64,000 nt of DNA from Fistulifera solaris. Taxonomy: Eukaryota. Made by a program: the position numbers and the translations under genes. Under the pieces are notes generated by a model. The model saw nothing but the letters and a program-made list of their open reading frames with translations, was not told the origin of the DNA and made no database searches. The stretch lies in NCBI GenBank assembly GCA_030295235.1, contig AP026136.1, positions 62,001 to 126,000 on the forward strand. Direction: 5' to 3'. Position 1 is the stretch's first letter. Each line of letters starts with the position of its first letter. This document shows, one piece after another, positions 50,536-62,506 of this stretch.

Positions 50536-51672
50536 TTAAGCTCGACGACTCTTTTGTCGAAGCTTGGCCTGTTCATAGCTAATGCTGTTTGCTTCTATGA
50601 TTCGGGCGGCTTTGATACCAACACGCTGAGTGAACCAAATTCCATTGCGTGTCGGTGATGATTCCAGACGCTTCACCGCATCAAAGCCCTGTATGACTTT
50701 GGCAAAACACGGATCTCCTTCATGGGAATGAGTATTGTCGTCCACATTGATGAAAAAGCTGGGGCTTCCATCGGCAGTAAAGCCCATGGTGTACTTTTCG
50801 TGGGGGAAGCTTTCGCTATATTCCTTAAATGCCAGTTTGTCGAGACCGAAATCGGCAAATGACTGTGCCTTGTCTTTCGCCGAACTGCCGTCGTACGGCA
50901 ATGGGGCTGCCTTGATAAGATTGAGCGCGTTCATGATGAAGGAACATCCGTCCACGAGTTTGTTGGATACCATGTCGAGGAATGTTTCGACCGAATGTGG
51001 CATGAGTTCACTGGGAGCCAGCTCAATCACAAACTTGGTCGGTCCGTCTACTCCGTCCTGAAACTCGAGTTGAAATTCAACGTGGTGTATTCCGTCACCA
51101 TACTTTTTCGATATACCCGCTAGACTCAATGCCTGTACTCGTTCTCTTAAAAGCATAGCTTGCTTGGATGCTGTGTCGACTCGTTTTTGGGCTTTGTTCA
51201 TCTGGTGCATAGCCCGAATGTTGGAGACTTTCATTTCTTCCTTCTCCTGGTTATGTTTATGTTGAGGATGATTCGAGTTGATGGTATTAATCTTTTTCTT
51301 GAGTTCCACGAGGTCATTGGAGACGCTGGTGACTTTTTCTCTCAGTAATTGTCGGCTGGACTCCATCGTGGATACTTGGGCGGCAGTGCTTTGTATGGTT
51401 TGCCTCGCTACGTACCCACATATGCAGGCAATCAATACGACACCGAGACATATCCACGACGCTCGTTTGGATTGCAGGAAAGCATAGGAAGTGCTATCAG
51501 GGTGTAATGAAAAGCCCTCGATGTCGTCGTGATCGGATAAAGCTTGTTGAAACGTCAATGGACTATAACTTTGTGATCGTTTGTACAAGAAGCGAGTGTC
51601 GCTCTCCTGTTGTATATCGTTGCTTTGGCTTCGTACGAGTCGAGTCGGTCGGCTTTCCGATGAATTTAACAT
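50536..51672 (-). CDS. Cyclophilin-like membrane protein (paralog 3)
   Basis: Intact 378-aa ORF with the same architecture. Confidence 0.8.
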   Translation of the reverse strand: MLNSSESRPTRLVRSQSNDIQQESDTRFLYKRSQSYSPLTFQQALSDHDDIEGFSLHPDSTSYAFLQSKRASWICLGVVLIACICGYVARQTIQSTAAQVSTMESSRQLLREKVTSVSNDLVELKKKINTINSNHPQHKHNQEKEEMKVSNIRAMHQMNKAQKRVDTASKQAMLLRERVQALSLAGISKKYGDGIHHVEFQLEFQDGVDGPTKFVIELAPSELMPHSVETFLDMVSNKLVDGCSFIMNALNLIKAAPLPYDGSSAKDKAQSFADFGLDKLAFKEYSESFPHEKYTMGFTADGSPSFFINVDDNTHSHEGDPCFAKVIQGFDAVKRLESSPTRNGIWFTQRVGIKAARIIEANSISYEQAKLRQKSRRA

Positions 51673-52431
51673 CGTCTCTTATTTCCTATGCGGTCTTCAT
51701 TCGCCTACAACACAGAGTGACTTGTTGCTTTTATTTTTCTTTGCTAAAGGAGAAATAAAAGCGCCGATAGCGCTTTTCGCTTTCTCCTCCCACTTCCGTT
51801 CAACAGCTTTGCGCCAGCGGTAAATTACCATAACAACGAACAACAAACCCAGTAAAAAGTACCGCGTACTACATTTCACGACCACGAAATTTGTTTGGGA
51901 CTATGATTATTTGTAATTCCTATCTTTGGGCCTATTTTCCTTCTAAATCGCCTATAGAAGCTCAGAAGCATTATTTGAACTTTGATGTGTTCGGACTTTT
52001 TACAAAGCCATCTTCAGTACAAAGTACTCAGCGGGTGCACTCGTCTCATGTCAAAGCTCGAGAGCTACAGAGAGGGATCTCATTTTTTTTCTCCGATGAC
52101 GACAAAGAACAGTGTTATTACTCTTTGGTTACGCAGGTCTATTCTAAGAATTAAATAGTCTAGTTTAGCTACATCCTCATTCGGTTGAGATCAAGACCAC
52201 TAAGGGCGATAGATTGGTTTCCAAGGTGACCGGTCAATAATTTTATCAAATCGTACGTTGGACGTCGACACTACAAACGCTGTCGATAATTACGTGCATT
52301 CAAAGTACCATAGCGACGATTCCAGGAGGTACTAGCTATCTAGCCTTAACCCATTTTTTTAAAAGATAAAAGCTGTCCTAACCAGAGCATCCTTTGCGTC
52401 TGCCGCAATCGCAAACATTTGAATGCAGACG

Positions 52432-55400
52432 CTACTGCTTGTTCTTCGATTTCTTGCCAGCGGACTTGCTCTGCTTTGCAAGCTTGCTCGCGCCTGCTGT
52501 TGATATTTTAACATCGGCACAAATTGTTTGAATCATATCGTTGTCGGGAATCTTTTTGATGTACTCTTTGAATCGATCGTGACTAGCTGTACCTTTGTTT
52601 TGATCATCACGCAAGAATATTTCCTGGCATTGTTTGCTAGCTTTTCCTCGTTTCATGGCGCCAGGTGTCAACTTGATCCGATAGGTATACTGAGAAAGCG
52701 TCTGATATGGTGCCAGCACAGGAACCGCATAGAGGATCATGTCCTCGGGGTGTGGCTTTCCAGTCAATTTTCCTAGTTCTTGCACATCGTCCAAAGCCAT
52801 GTCCTCCTGGTCAAGATCTACAACGCCTTCCTCGGCTAGTGTCTGCTTCCATTCTTTCACGGCAGCGTCCTTCTCCTCTTTTGTTTTGCGCTTCGCAGCA
52901 GTTGCGTCATTTTCGTCATCCATCTTTATATTTTCGTGGCCAAACTTCTTTATAGTACGGATAATTCCACCTAAGCTGGCCGAGAAGTGGTCAACACGGC
53001 TTGTCCGCTTCAGATTCAGCAATCGACGCGCCGCCATGGTTTGCGCTTCGATACTGAGCGATTGCAGCTGCTCGAGTGTATCTCCGTCAAATTTATCCCA
53101 ACGAGCAACCTTATCCGCTTCTTCCCCAACAGTCACACACTCTGCCAATAAATCACGGATGCTATACTCCAGCTTACGAGCGATTTCCTTAGGATCTTTG
53201 ACGAGAAGTGCAACTGTTTCAGCAGCGAGTTGTTGTTCAGTTTCATTCTTCGTATTAACTTTTTTCTTGGGCTGGTTCTTCTTATTCTTTTTACCTTGCA
53301 GCGCAACCATCGCCAACTCACGGTCTTCGTCATCTTGATCGGCGTACTTGAGCATTTTCTTTTCGCCTTTCCTCTTTGTCCTCGTTTCGCAGTAGACTTG
53401 TCGTTAGCAACTTTCGTCTTCTCGCTCGCGGATTTTGATACCGGTGTGCTGGGACGCTCTTCTTGCTTCTTTTGACTTATTATACGCTGCGCCTCTTCCA
53501 ACGACGAATACTTTTTCAATAGCTTCCGTTCCTTGACTGAAAGTCCACGCTTAGATTGTGCTTTTTCGTTACCACTCACTTGATCCTGTCTGTCTTCGTC
53601 ATTGCCATCACTATCGACGGACTCATCCTTTTCATTGGTGTCGACATTGATCGACACGCTGCTGTCCTCCGCGTTAGCTTCTTCGACTTCTGTGGTTTCG
53701 CCTGGTTCCTCAGCCGACTGTTCCAATTCGGCTTCATAAGAACCATTATCGTTAATAAGGTTATCCCTAGTCATCGTGACGGATTCATTATCTGGTGGTT
53801 GGTCTTCCAACAATGCCAACGCGACGTAATCTTTTCGCTCGTTAGCGTGCCTTGCCAAGGTGTCAGGATCGTCATCTCCTAATCGAAACAAAATTCCCAA
53901 CCCCAGTTCAAGCGACGCAGGCTTCAAGTAATTCTTCTTTCCACGAATCATAAAGGAACCTGTCGTCAAGTATTCTCCCGATGGCGCTGTTTTGGAGACT
54001 TGGTGCGAGTAGACCCACCAAGCGGAGGTGATCATTTTCTTCTTCCACGCAACAGATTGGCATACTGTCCAATGACCAGCCTCGGACAAAGCCTGTGGAC
54101 TAATACCATTCGTTGCAGTGGTGGCTGCGGCTTGTAGAGACGCAGCTTTACCACGTACAATGCAGGAGGCTGCGCCGGCCACGTCGGCATGCAAATATAA
54201 ATCTTGCTTTCGGAGATAGCGCTTGACCAGTAATTCATTCTGCTGTGCGTCTTTACCGCCCAAAACCAGGTAATTGTCGGATGTAATGAACCACAGAAAC
54301 TTCTCATACCAGGCTTTCTTGTGCTGTTGTTTAGTCAAAGCGCGGACGGTTTGGTACTGTTGCTGTTGAAACTGTTGTTGTGCTTGGTGCTGCGCTGCCA
54401 GTAACGCTTGTTCTGTCTTTTCGAGAGTCTTGGCAGCTTTCTCCTTGGAAGCACGGTATTGTGCAAACATGCGATTTGCGTTGCCATGCGCCGTTTCAGA
54501 CAACTCCAAAGTCACCTTGATACTTTCATCGTCGTCCTCCAGTGTGTCCGACGGCAATCTCAATACCATTGTGTTGTCGTTCAAATGCAAGTGATGAATC
54601 AACATTGCAACAGGATTTTGATTTTCCTGTTCGACACGAACAATTTCGTTCAACTGATCCCAATCCATACCGCTGTTCAAGGCAGAATTGACCACCTGTA
54701 ATGCTTGTTCCACCATCACTGCGTGCTGCTGCACAGCGCGAGCCTGTTTTGCCATTGTTCGGCTGCCACTTGCAGCGACTGAACACGATCCGTCTGATCT
54801 TGTTCGAGTTTCTGCAGTTTGTTCTGCATAGCTAATCGAGCTGACTTCAATTTGGCTTGGTGCTTTTGTTGCCATAGTTGTCCAAAGAATAAATCGACCG
54901 CTTCCGAGAACGAAGCGCACTCTTGCACCAATTTGTGTTGTTGATCTTGATGCTGTCGAAACAAGTACGGCTGAAACTCTAAATAGATTTTCGCTGGTTG
55001 GCTGCGATTATCTTTGTCGTCATTATTTGGAGTCTCAATCTGGTTACCAACGCCCTCGTCGTCGTCCAGGCGATACAAGAGAAATCCTGCTTGTGGTGAT
55101 GTTTGTTGCAATGATTCCATAATTCTTGATCCTTCTTTTTCCAGGGTTTTTATCAAATGAGAACATTCATTTTTCTCTAAAGGAAGCATGTGTTGAGGTG
55201 ACACGCCCGCTTGCAATAAACAATGCTCGATCAAAGCCGGCCCGTAGTGAGAATAACCCGAGGAATGTTGCAGCAGCAGCCACTTCCAATTCTTTTGCTT
55301 CTGCTTTTTGCTCTTTTTCCTATTACTTTGATTCAAATCCGTCGGTAATGAATCTTGCAATTGCTCTCGCATCCACGCATCTATTCGATCCCAATCATTC

Positions 55401-56041
55401 GATGACAAGAAGCCTTCTTTCTGGAAAGCAGCAGAAGTTGCAGTCGTGCTTGCTGCCGACGTTGTTGTCGTCGTCGTTGCCAGAGTCACCGGATACACGT
55501 GCCCTACTTGCACTTGCACAGTGATAGATGTTATTGATGGTTGTTCTCTGTCTTCCAAAGGTGATGGCGTGTCACTGCTCAGCTGATAGGTATGACTTCG
55601 AAGTAGCGCCAGAATTTCCCAATTGTTCCTGGCATCACAAAGAATGAGATTGCCTTGCGCATATAGCTCCAAAATGAGTCCATATTTTCCCTTATCGGGT
55701 GCCGCAAATGTCATACAAACCACACGTTCATTCGACGCACCCAACTGAGTGATTTGTTCGAGTCGCAATCCTCGCACGTGTTTCCTTAACTTCGCACAAA
55801 AAGGACTCGGAGCCGTCGTATTCGTATTCCGTCCCGTCGTCGATACATGCAAACGAATTCCACTTTCGAGCACCAACAGCTCATTTGCCTTGTGCTGTTC
55901 GAATTTGATCCAGTACAAACTGCCATTCGTGTCGTCGTTGTAAATATTCACGACGCGTTGACCGACGAGAGATTGCAGTTCGGCCACCATGGCGGTCACA
56001 TCCAAGCCGTCAAAGCGGACTTTTGTAGCACTAGCTGTCAT
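52432..56041 (-). CDS. NEMF: Ribosome quality control subunit NEMF/Rqc2; frameshifts near 54750 and 53360
   Basis: PSPFCAKLRKHVR, LILELYAQGNLIL, WYEKFLWFITSDNYLVLGGKDAQQNE, QVSKTAPSGEYLTTGSFMIRGKKN, KYADQDDEDR, APY..KLTPG..KRGKA. Confidence 0.93.
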
Positions 56042-56701
56042 TTTTGTCCAGTAAATTATTCTCCTATTTTATACTACGAATGAATGGATTTGGGTAAAAC
56101 AGTTACAAAAGAGAAGCGATGAGTTGTTACGTAGTATTCACTCAAGAAAGAATGCGATGCAATGAAATGTCGCTTGGATGCACGGATGGATGGAAACAAT
56201 ATTGATGAGCGGAATGAATCATCAGACAGGGTTCGGGTTTATTCCCTTGTATGGAGTATGGAGCAATCACCCACCAGATTGACTTTGAAACGCTAAGAGT
56301 ATGACCCGGTACGACTTTGGTTGAGTGACTAGAGTCATGTATCGTGGATAAACAAATGATTGCGAATGAATTGCGCAAGCATGGTAGTAAGCTTCCAATT
56401 TATTGAGTACGATGCAAGTAGCCACAGCATTTTTAAACCTTGAATTACGAGGTAGAAAATCTTTGCGGATCGCATTCTAACGCGCATTTACTATAGACCG
56501 AAATGTAGGCTGGGCGTTTCACCTATATTCATGACTGAAATCCAGTCACGTTCACCAATTAGCACACGCTCGCGTCGTTGCGAAAATAATGTTATTCACC
56601 AAGAAGATGTTTACAAATGACAGCGCGCTATTACCGTTCACTGGATGGTTGTTTGCATTCTTTATCCAATTCTTCGATTATCGAGAAGACCTTTCTCATA
56701 G

Positions 56702-58426
56702 ATGACGACCCGATCGTCCAGACAACGTCGAATCGCTCGCAATGTCATTCTTCTGGCGTGTATGTTACTCGCCCTCGGCTTGCTCTCCCGGCATTCCATT
56801 TTTCAAGCCCTGCGACGACATGAGCCCAGTGCTCGCATCTTTCGTGCCTTTCTCGAAATTCAATTGATTCTGTTAGGAACAGCATGTTCATTGTATCTGT
56901 GGTCACGGACGATTGGGGCGAAATGGATCGGACGACTTCTTTTCTTTTCGTCTACAAATGGTGACCTTGCGCTCTATGCACGTTTTCAAAATAAAGAGGA
57001 TGACAGCAACAACCATTACAGAGATAACGATGATTCGGACTTTGCACCATTATTTGTAGATGAGAATACGCTCGAAGAACTCTCCAACAAGCAAGAAGAG
57101 GAGACCAACAACGTAGACATCCTGGATGCCACGGAAGATGTACTCTTGGCTACCGGCCGTTCGAGTACAAGCTCTGTTCCCACTGCCGCAGATATCTTTC
57201 AGCTTTGCTTGGACAATTTACTGTTAATTTTGGTCGCTTTGTTCTTGTTCTCTTGGAGTGCTTCGGGGTATACTTCCCTGTCGAAATGGACGCAATATAT
57301 TGCATGGATTGCGGCGCCCACCTTCCCTCTTCTACTCTTTCTTTACGGCATGTTCAACATGCTACTTCACAAACAACATCGACCTCTTTGGAGTGTACTG
57401 GCGTGCACTTTAGGAGCCCCTCTTTTCCCCGTCACCTTTCGAGATGGTTTTGTAGGTGATGTATTGACATCATCGGTGCGTCCTATGCAAGATATCACAT
57501 TTACACTCGTTTATTTACTGTACGGATTGCAAGGATGGTGGTCACAAAGTTATGCAGCCGTGGCGGATGAGCAGCTCGAGTCAACGGATCCATCTTCATC
57601 GCTGCAAGACACTTTGGATTCGTCCATTTTGTTGCCGGCACTGGAGAAATCTTGGATATTGCATACAATATTGCTACCCTTTTGTGTCATTGGTCCACTC
57701 TGGTGGCGTTTCCTACAAAATTTACGGCAAGTCATGGATGAGCGAAGAAGATGGCCTTATTTAGGGAATGCTTTCAAATACTTTTTTGCAGCACAAGTGG
57801 CGGTGACGGGTGTTTATTATCCGAACTGGCATGGTAGTACCTTATGGTTGACGGCATTTGTGGTGGCAACATTGTATCAAATCTACTGGGATATCTTTAT
57901 GGATTGGGGATTGCTGGAACGGTCGTCTGGCCGGTGGAGGCTCCGGTCCGAACGTCTTTACAACAGTCGTGCACTGTATTGGTCGATCGCCTCCATCAAC
58001 GTCGTTTTACGGTTCTGTTGGACACTAACGTTCATACCACCACAGTATTTGAATCCTGCAGGAATCCTGATTCAACAAAATAAACTGATTATGAGCCCTT
58101 TCTTCGCCTCGGCTGAAATTGTACGTCGTACCCTATGGGGGTGGCTTCGGTTTGAGTATGAAGCCTTAAAAGTCCGAAAGGACGAAGGGGTATCCGAAGG
58201 TGATGAAATCCTTGTTACTGATAATCTGGAACTTGCTCCCATGGAGAAAATGGACACTGCAGAATCGAAGCCGTCGACCATCGAGTTTACGCCGCACACG
58301 CAAGTAAACTCATGGAATGACATGGCCTCATTGAACGACACACAGGTCTTGTTGGAGCTGAGCGTGTATGCCGTCACGTTTTTAACACTCTGGTTAGTCG
58401 CTGTAGCCCATCGAAGTACGCAATAG
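56702..58426 (+). CDS. EXS-family (ERD1/XPR1/SYG1) membrane protein without SPX domain
   Basis: VTFRDGFVGDVLTS, PLWWRFLQNLRQ, NAFKY, WDIFMDWGL, LRFCW, EIVRR.LW..LRFEYE. Confidence 0.9.
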   Translation: MTTRSSRQRRIARNVILLACMLLALGLLSRHSIFQALRRHEPSARIFRAFLEIQLILLGTACSLYLWSRTIGAKWIGRLLFFSSTNGDLALYARFQNKEDDSNNHYRDNDDSDFAPLFVDENTLEELSNKQEEETNNVDILDATEDVLLATGRSSTSSVPTAADIFQLCLDNLLLILVALFLFSWSASGYTSLSKWTQYIAWIAAPTFPLLLFLYGMFNMLLHKQHRPLWSVLACTLGAPLFPVTFRDGFVGDVLTSSVRPMQDITFTLVYLLYGLQGWWSQSYAAVADEQLESTDPSSSLQDTLDSSILLPALEKSWILHTILLPFCVIGPLWWRFLQNLRQVMDERRRWPYLGNAFKYFFAAQVAVTGVYYPNWHGSTLWLTAFVVATLYQIYWDIFMDWGLLERSSGRWRLRSERLYNSRALYWSIASINVVLRFCWTLTFIPPQYLNPAGILIQQNKLIMSPFFASAEIVRRTLWGWLRFEYEALKVRKDEGVSEGDEILVTDNLELAPMEKMDTAESKPSTIEFTPHTQVNSWNDMASLNDTQVLLELSVYAVTFLTLWLVAVAHRSTQ

Positions 58427-58575
58427 CATCAAAAGTTTTTGTCTTGCATTCAATAACGTTGTCGCTTTTCTTGCAATGATCCCGATGACATATCCTGCTT
58501 TAAAATGTTTCGATTTGCAGTAAGCTTCCCAGATTGCATAATTTATGGTATCGATTGCGAAGCAAACAGATCGTC

Positions 58576-59514
58576 CTACTTCGAGCCACGACGGAATAGG
58601 TTACCAAGCGCTTTGCTTGGACTAATGCCATTCGTCAACTTTTCTGGTTCCTCTTCTTCCTTGAACGAATCGGCTACTTTCAAAACGTCCTCGTATTCGC
58701 CTTCAATTAGTGTGATAAACAGCAGACTGAGCTTGAGTTGTGTCTTTTCAACATCTTCTTTGGCGATTTCCGAGAAGTCTTCAATGTTTCGGATGAAGGC
58801 CGCTTGGTCTTTCTTTGATACGAGATTTTCCCCTATGCCTTCTAAAGCATTGAGAATCGCTGCGAAACCTATTTCGGACGGCCGAATCGCGACAAATTTT
58901 TGATGACTGATGACCAACTCTGTCTGAAACCTAGCAAAGTCCATCAGTAACTGAGTGGCTCGGTGGTGAATTCCTTTTGGAGCCAGCGCCATAAAGTGTT
59001 GCACAAATCCCAATGGTGTCGGTCCATTGACTCTAAATTTGAGCGTTTGTAGTATAGTTTGCTCCATAGTCACAAACTCCATTTCGTCGTACATGCCATG
59101 ACTGAGATCTGCCAAGAGAGACGTCTCGATTTCCATTGGTTCATGCATCTTGATAGCCACATACAGAGTTGTCATAGCCGCTAATTGATATTCCTTCCGA
59201 TTGCCCAGAGTCTCCTTGCCCTTCCTCGTGCATAGATATCGGTCCAAAAAGGACATGCCGATGCCCACCGTTTCTCTTCGGAATTTGCAATAGTCGATCA
59301 CATGATAGCACCACTCACACATTTTTGTTCGGCAATCTTCATCTACCGGCTTGGCTGACAATTTGCGGAGCTCTTCCTTATCGGCAAGATAATCATGCAC
59401 CATGTACGTCGTTTCCTCTTGAATCCGCATTATGGCAATCAGATCGGCCAGATCGTTTTGATCTAAGGCAGGAAGTAATGACCCCTCGAGATTATTTGGA
59501 GTGAGAGCAGGCAT
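58576..59514 (-). CDS. Cyclin (diatom-specific type)
   Basis: CRTKMCEWCYHVIDYC..RETV.IGMSFLDRYL, YQLAAMTTLYVAIK, MEQTIL..L.FRVNGPT. Confidence 0.9.
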   Translation of the reverse strand: MPALTPNNLEGSLLPALDQNDLADLIAIMRIQEETTYMVHDYLADKEELRKLSAKPVDEDCRTKMCEWCYHVIDYCKFRRETVGIGMSFLDRYLCTRKGKETLGNRKEYQLAAMTTLYVAIKMHEPMEIETSLLADLSHGMYDEMEFVTMEQTILQTLKFRVNGPTPLGFVQHFMALAPKGIHHRATQLLMDFARFQTELVISHQKFVAIRPSEIGFAAILNALEGIGENLVSKKDQAAFIRNIEDFSEIAKEDVEKTQLKLSLLFITLIEGEYEDVLKVADSFKEEEEPEKLTNGISPSKALGNLFRRGSK

Positions 59515-60076
59515 TTCGAAATCAAGCTGACCTGCAACGAATCTGTTTCAATACCAAACACGACGCTAGTCCTCTTGTTTTGACTGCAGATGAAATGCTT
59601 GCCGGGGCGAGAGCGATGACCGAGACTGTGATGCGGTCGAGGTCGACGGAGAGAAGCAGGTCCTCGAAGAAGAGGTATGATCAACGCAAAACCAAGTTCT
59701 ATGGTCAATGTGACCTTTGTGACTTGTGACTGACTCGAAGACATTATTATTAGGGAAAAAAGTCTCACAAAGAGAGAACGAAAAATGAGTCATGAGACAT
59801 GAGACATCGAGTCACGGATTCACGGTCATCGGACTATGACACCTCTTAGAGAGAGGACTGGTGAATGAAAAGTGTACGAAGCAGCTAACGAACGACCGAT
59901 TTCTTTCGGTGGTAGATCCATAAGGGTCTTGAATCTTGTAGATTAACCGGTAAAAACGCTGCTGAAAAAGCGGTGTTGGAAATAAACAGAAAGAATGAGA
60001 CAACTAGCTTCCGATTTTATGAAGGTTTAGATTATGAAAATATGCCTTGCGAAACATAGAATTTTTGGGTTGCACG

Positions 60077-61028
60077 TCATTGTGAAACCATAACAGAGCT
60101 TGGGCTATTTTGACGGAAAACAGTGCCACGTTTCTTGTCTTTACCCATTATTTCAAAAGTGGAAATCTCTTCCTCTTTTTTGATAGATGAAATTAAAAAA
60201 TCAGCCCCCATTGCTTTAAAAAGTAGATTGCTCAGCTTAGCTTGCGTATCTAGTATATCTTCGATGAATAGTTTGGTAGATTCCTCGATGATACGAATAA
60301 AACTTATTCGGGCTTTCAATGTAAGTATGGATTCGTCTAAGCCTTCCATAGCATTTAAAAGTGCTGCAAATGCAGCTTCAGAAGGTCTTATTGTACAAAG
60401 CGATTGACTGGAAACAAGAAGCTCTGTCTGGTACCTTGCGGAGTCAAAGATCAGGGCCACAACATCGGGGTGAATCGTAAACGGCGCTAAACCCAAAAAC
60501 ACTTGAACAAAACTGAGTGCGGTTGGACCACATACGCGATATTCGAGTACTTCTAGAATTTGCTGCTCCATATCCACTAAATCCATTTCACAGTACATCC
60601 CCTGGCTGAGATCAGCTAAGAGACTCGTGTCTACTTCCATTGGCTCTGAAATTTTTATCGCGATGTAAAGTACTGTCATCGCCACAAGCTGATAGTACTT
60701 TTGAGAGAGCAGAGCAGGACGGCCTTGCTCAGTGCTAAGATATCGATCCAAGTACGACATCGCCACCACAACAGTTTCTCGTCTAAACTTGCAATAATTG
60801 ATGACGTGAAAGCACCATTGGCACATTTTCATGCGACAATCCTCGCTAACTGGTTTTCTGCCAGATTTTCTCAGGACCACTGTTTGTTTCATATAATCGT
60901 CCACCGCGTAAGTAGTTTCCTCTTGTATACACATTATCCCGATCTGATCGACCAGCTCAGCCCGCGATAAGGTAGGCAGTTCTAGCTAGTACTTCCACGG
61001 CAAGAGGTTCGAGAGCTACACAAGGCAT
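60077..61028 (-). CDS. Cyclin, tandem paralog; frameshift near 60985
   Basis: Same cyclin box. The N-terminus MPC...LPTLSRAELVDQIGIMCIQEETTY aligns with the neighbour after a frame correction. Confidence 0.88.
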
Positions 61029-61651
61029 CTTTGCTCTCGCTTGTCGAATCGCGCAAAATGGAGCTTCTGGAAGATTGTTTCGTTTTGCTATCCAACAATC
61101 CATGGAATCTTCCTCTGGACGAGCATCGGATGGTAAAGGTAAAAAAAGTTTTCCCGACGAAAGAGGGTCGAGATTTTGTGCCCCGAAGGAACAACACAAC
61201 GAGCAACTCACTCATATTGACAGTACCTGGTAGTGACCGGTGCTTGATGTAATATCACGAAGCTCGAAGCTTGCTAACGGTGTCCGAAAGGCTTCGAAGT
61301 TCGACGTCTTCTACACTAAGATGGTGTCTCTCTCTAGACTCTAGACAAGAGAAAACAATAGACAATACGAAATTGACACTTTGAATTTGAAGCATATCTG
61401 ACTTTAAAACACTTTAGTCATAAAGATCTAGTACCGTAGACAGATGACAAATGACCATTTTTCTTACACCTGTATAAACTGTAGGAGTGACAAGACTGAG
61501 CTAATAGGCAGTCCCGGAAGAAATCGGTCGCTTTCAATCAGTGCCTCTTCTCTCTTCTCCATAAATTATATTGATTCTTAGTAATGTTACTCAACTGTGA
61601 CATGTGATTGAAGAGCATCTGGTCCCACGACCATAGATTGATAGGTTTTGT

Positions 61652-62506
61652 TCAAACGATCTGTCTCGGATACGGGGCCAACACCAGTTTGTTATCGTCC
61701 ATGAACTCCCCCTGCTTCTCTCGAAGTGCCGATCGAGCCCAGGATGCATCCGCAAAATGCACCAAAAATGTCCTGGGCCGATCGTCCCGACCTCCTTTCC
61801 ATTCTTCGACCGCCTTTGCTCCCGGTTTTAGATCGTATCGACTAAACAGATTCATCACATTCATGATCGTTGTCTTGAGTGGGCAATTTTCCACGCGAAT
61901 CGTGGCATCCGAGACACGGTAAAACGGTCGTTTCGCATCGCGGTGTTCGGAGACGATGACTTTTTTCCACGAACAAAAAAGACCCGCATCGGCGGATTGA
62001 TTGAGCACGGCTTGGACCAACGATCGATTTTTTAACTGAATAAACCAGCCAGTTGGTCGGGCCAACATCGACAGATTCAAGTGCGCCTTTTGAATACACG
62101 AGGAGTCATTGTTGAAATGTAGCGATGGAACGGGGTCGATCGAATCCCATGAGGCATCCAAGTCAACAATGCCCCGTTTGTTTTCTCGTTCGAGTGCTAA
62201 CTGAACTCCTTCCAACATGGCTTCTAAAGAAGAAGTCGGTGGTATTCCATCGATTTGAATCCAGTTGCTTTGTGCGACGCGTTCTCCAGCTGCCTGCATA
62301 TGATCACCCACAATACTTCCTGTCGGTAACCGTTGTTTCTTATTCGTGTTCTTCTTTCTGTGAGATATTGCAGAAGATGGCGTAGGAACGGTCTCGGAGA
62401 ATAACAGTCCGGACGACGAAGTGAAAGCAGATAAACAGAGGTGAAGTGGTCTCTTCCATTGCTGTAAACGACTAATAGATCGTCCTGTCTTGAGTAAAAT
62501 TGTCAT
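61652..62506 (-). CDS. RRM-like protein, possibly mitochondrial
   Basis: IRVENCP..T...V.NLF...FLVHFAD...A..AL...QG pattern; basic, Ser-rich N-terminus. Confidence 0.55.
   Translation of the reverse strand: MTILLKTGRSISRLQQWKRPLHLCLSAFTSSSGLLFSETVPTPSSAISHRKKNTNKKQRLPTGSIVGDHMQAAGERVAQSNWIQIDGIPPTSSLEAMLEGVQLALERENKRGIVDLDASWDSIDPVPSLHFNNDSSCIQKAHLNLSMLARPTGWFIQLKNRSLVQAVLNQSADAGLFCSWKKVIVSEHRDAKRPFYRVSDATIRVENCPLKTTIMNVMNLFSRYDLKPGAKAVEEWKGGRDDRPRTFLVHFADASWARSALREKQGEFMDDNKLVLAPYPRQIV

Noticed and set aside
52432..56041. Programmed ribosomal frameshifting in NEMF and other genes
   Set aside because: Breaks are too frequent, go in both directions, mostly sit in simple homopolymers and share no slippery motif. 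Sequencing error is the simpler explanation.
20830..58426. Arsenic/phosphate/metal gene cluster (arsJ, ZIP, EXS)
   Set aside because: The genes are 13-35 kb apart among unrelated housekeeping genes, and no gapdh, arsC or arsM was seen.
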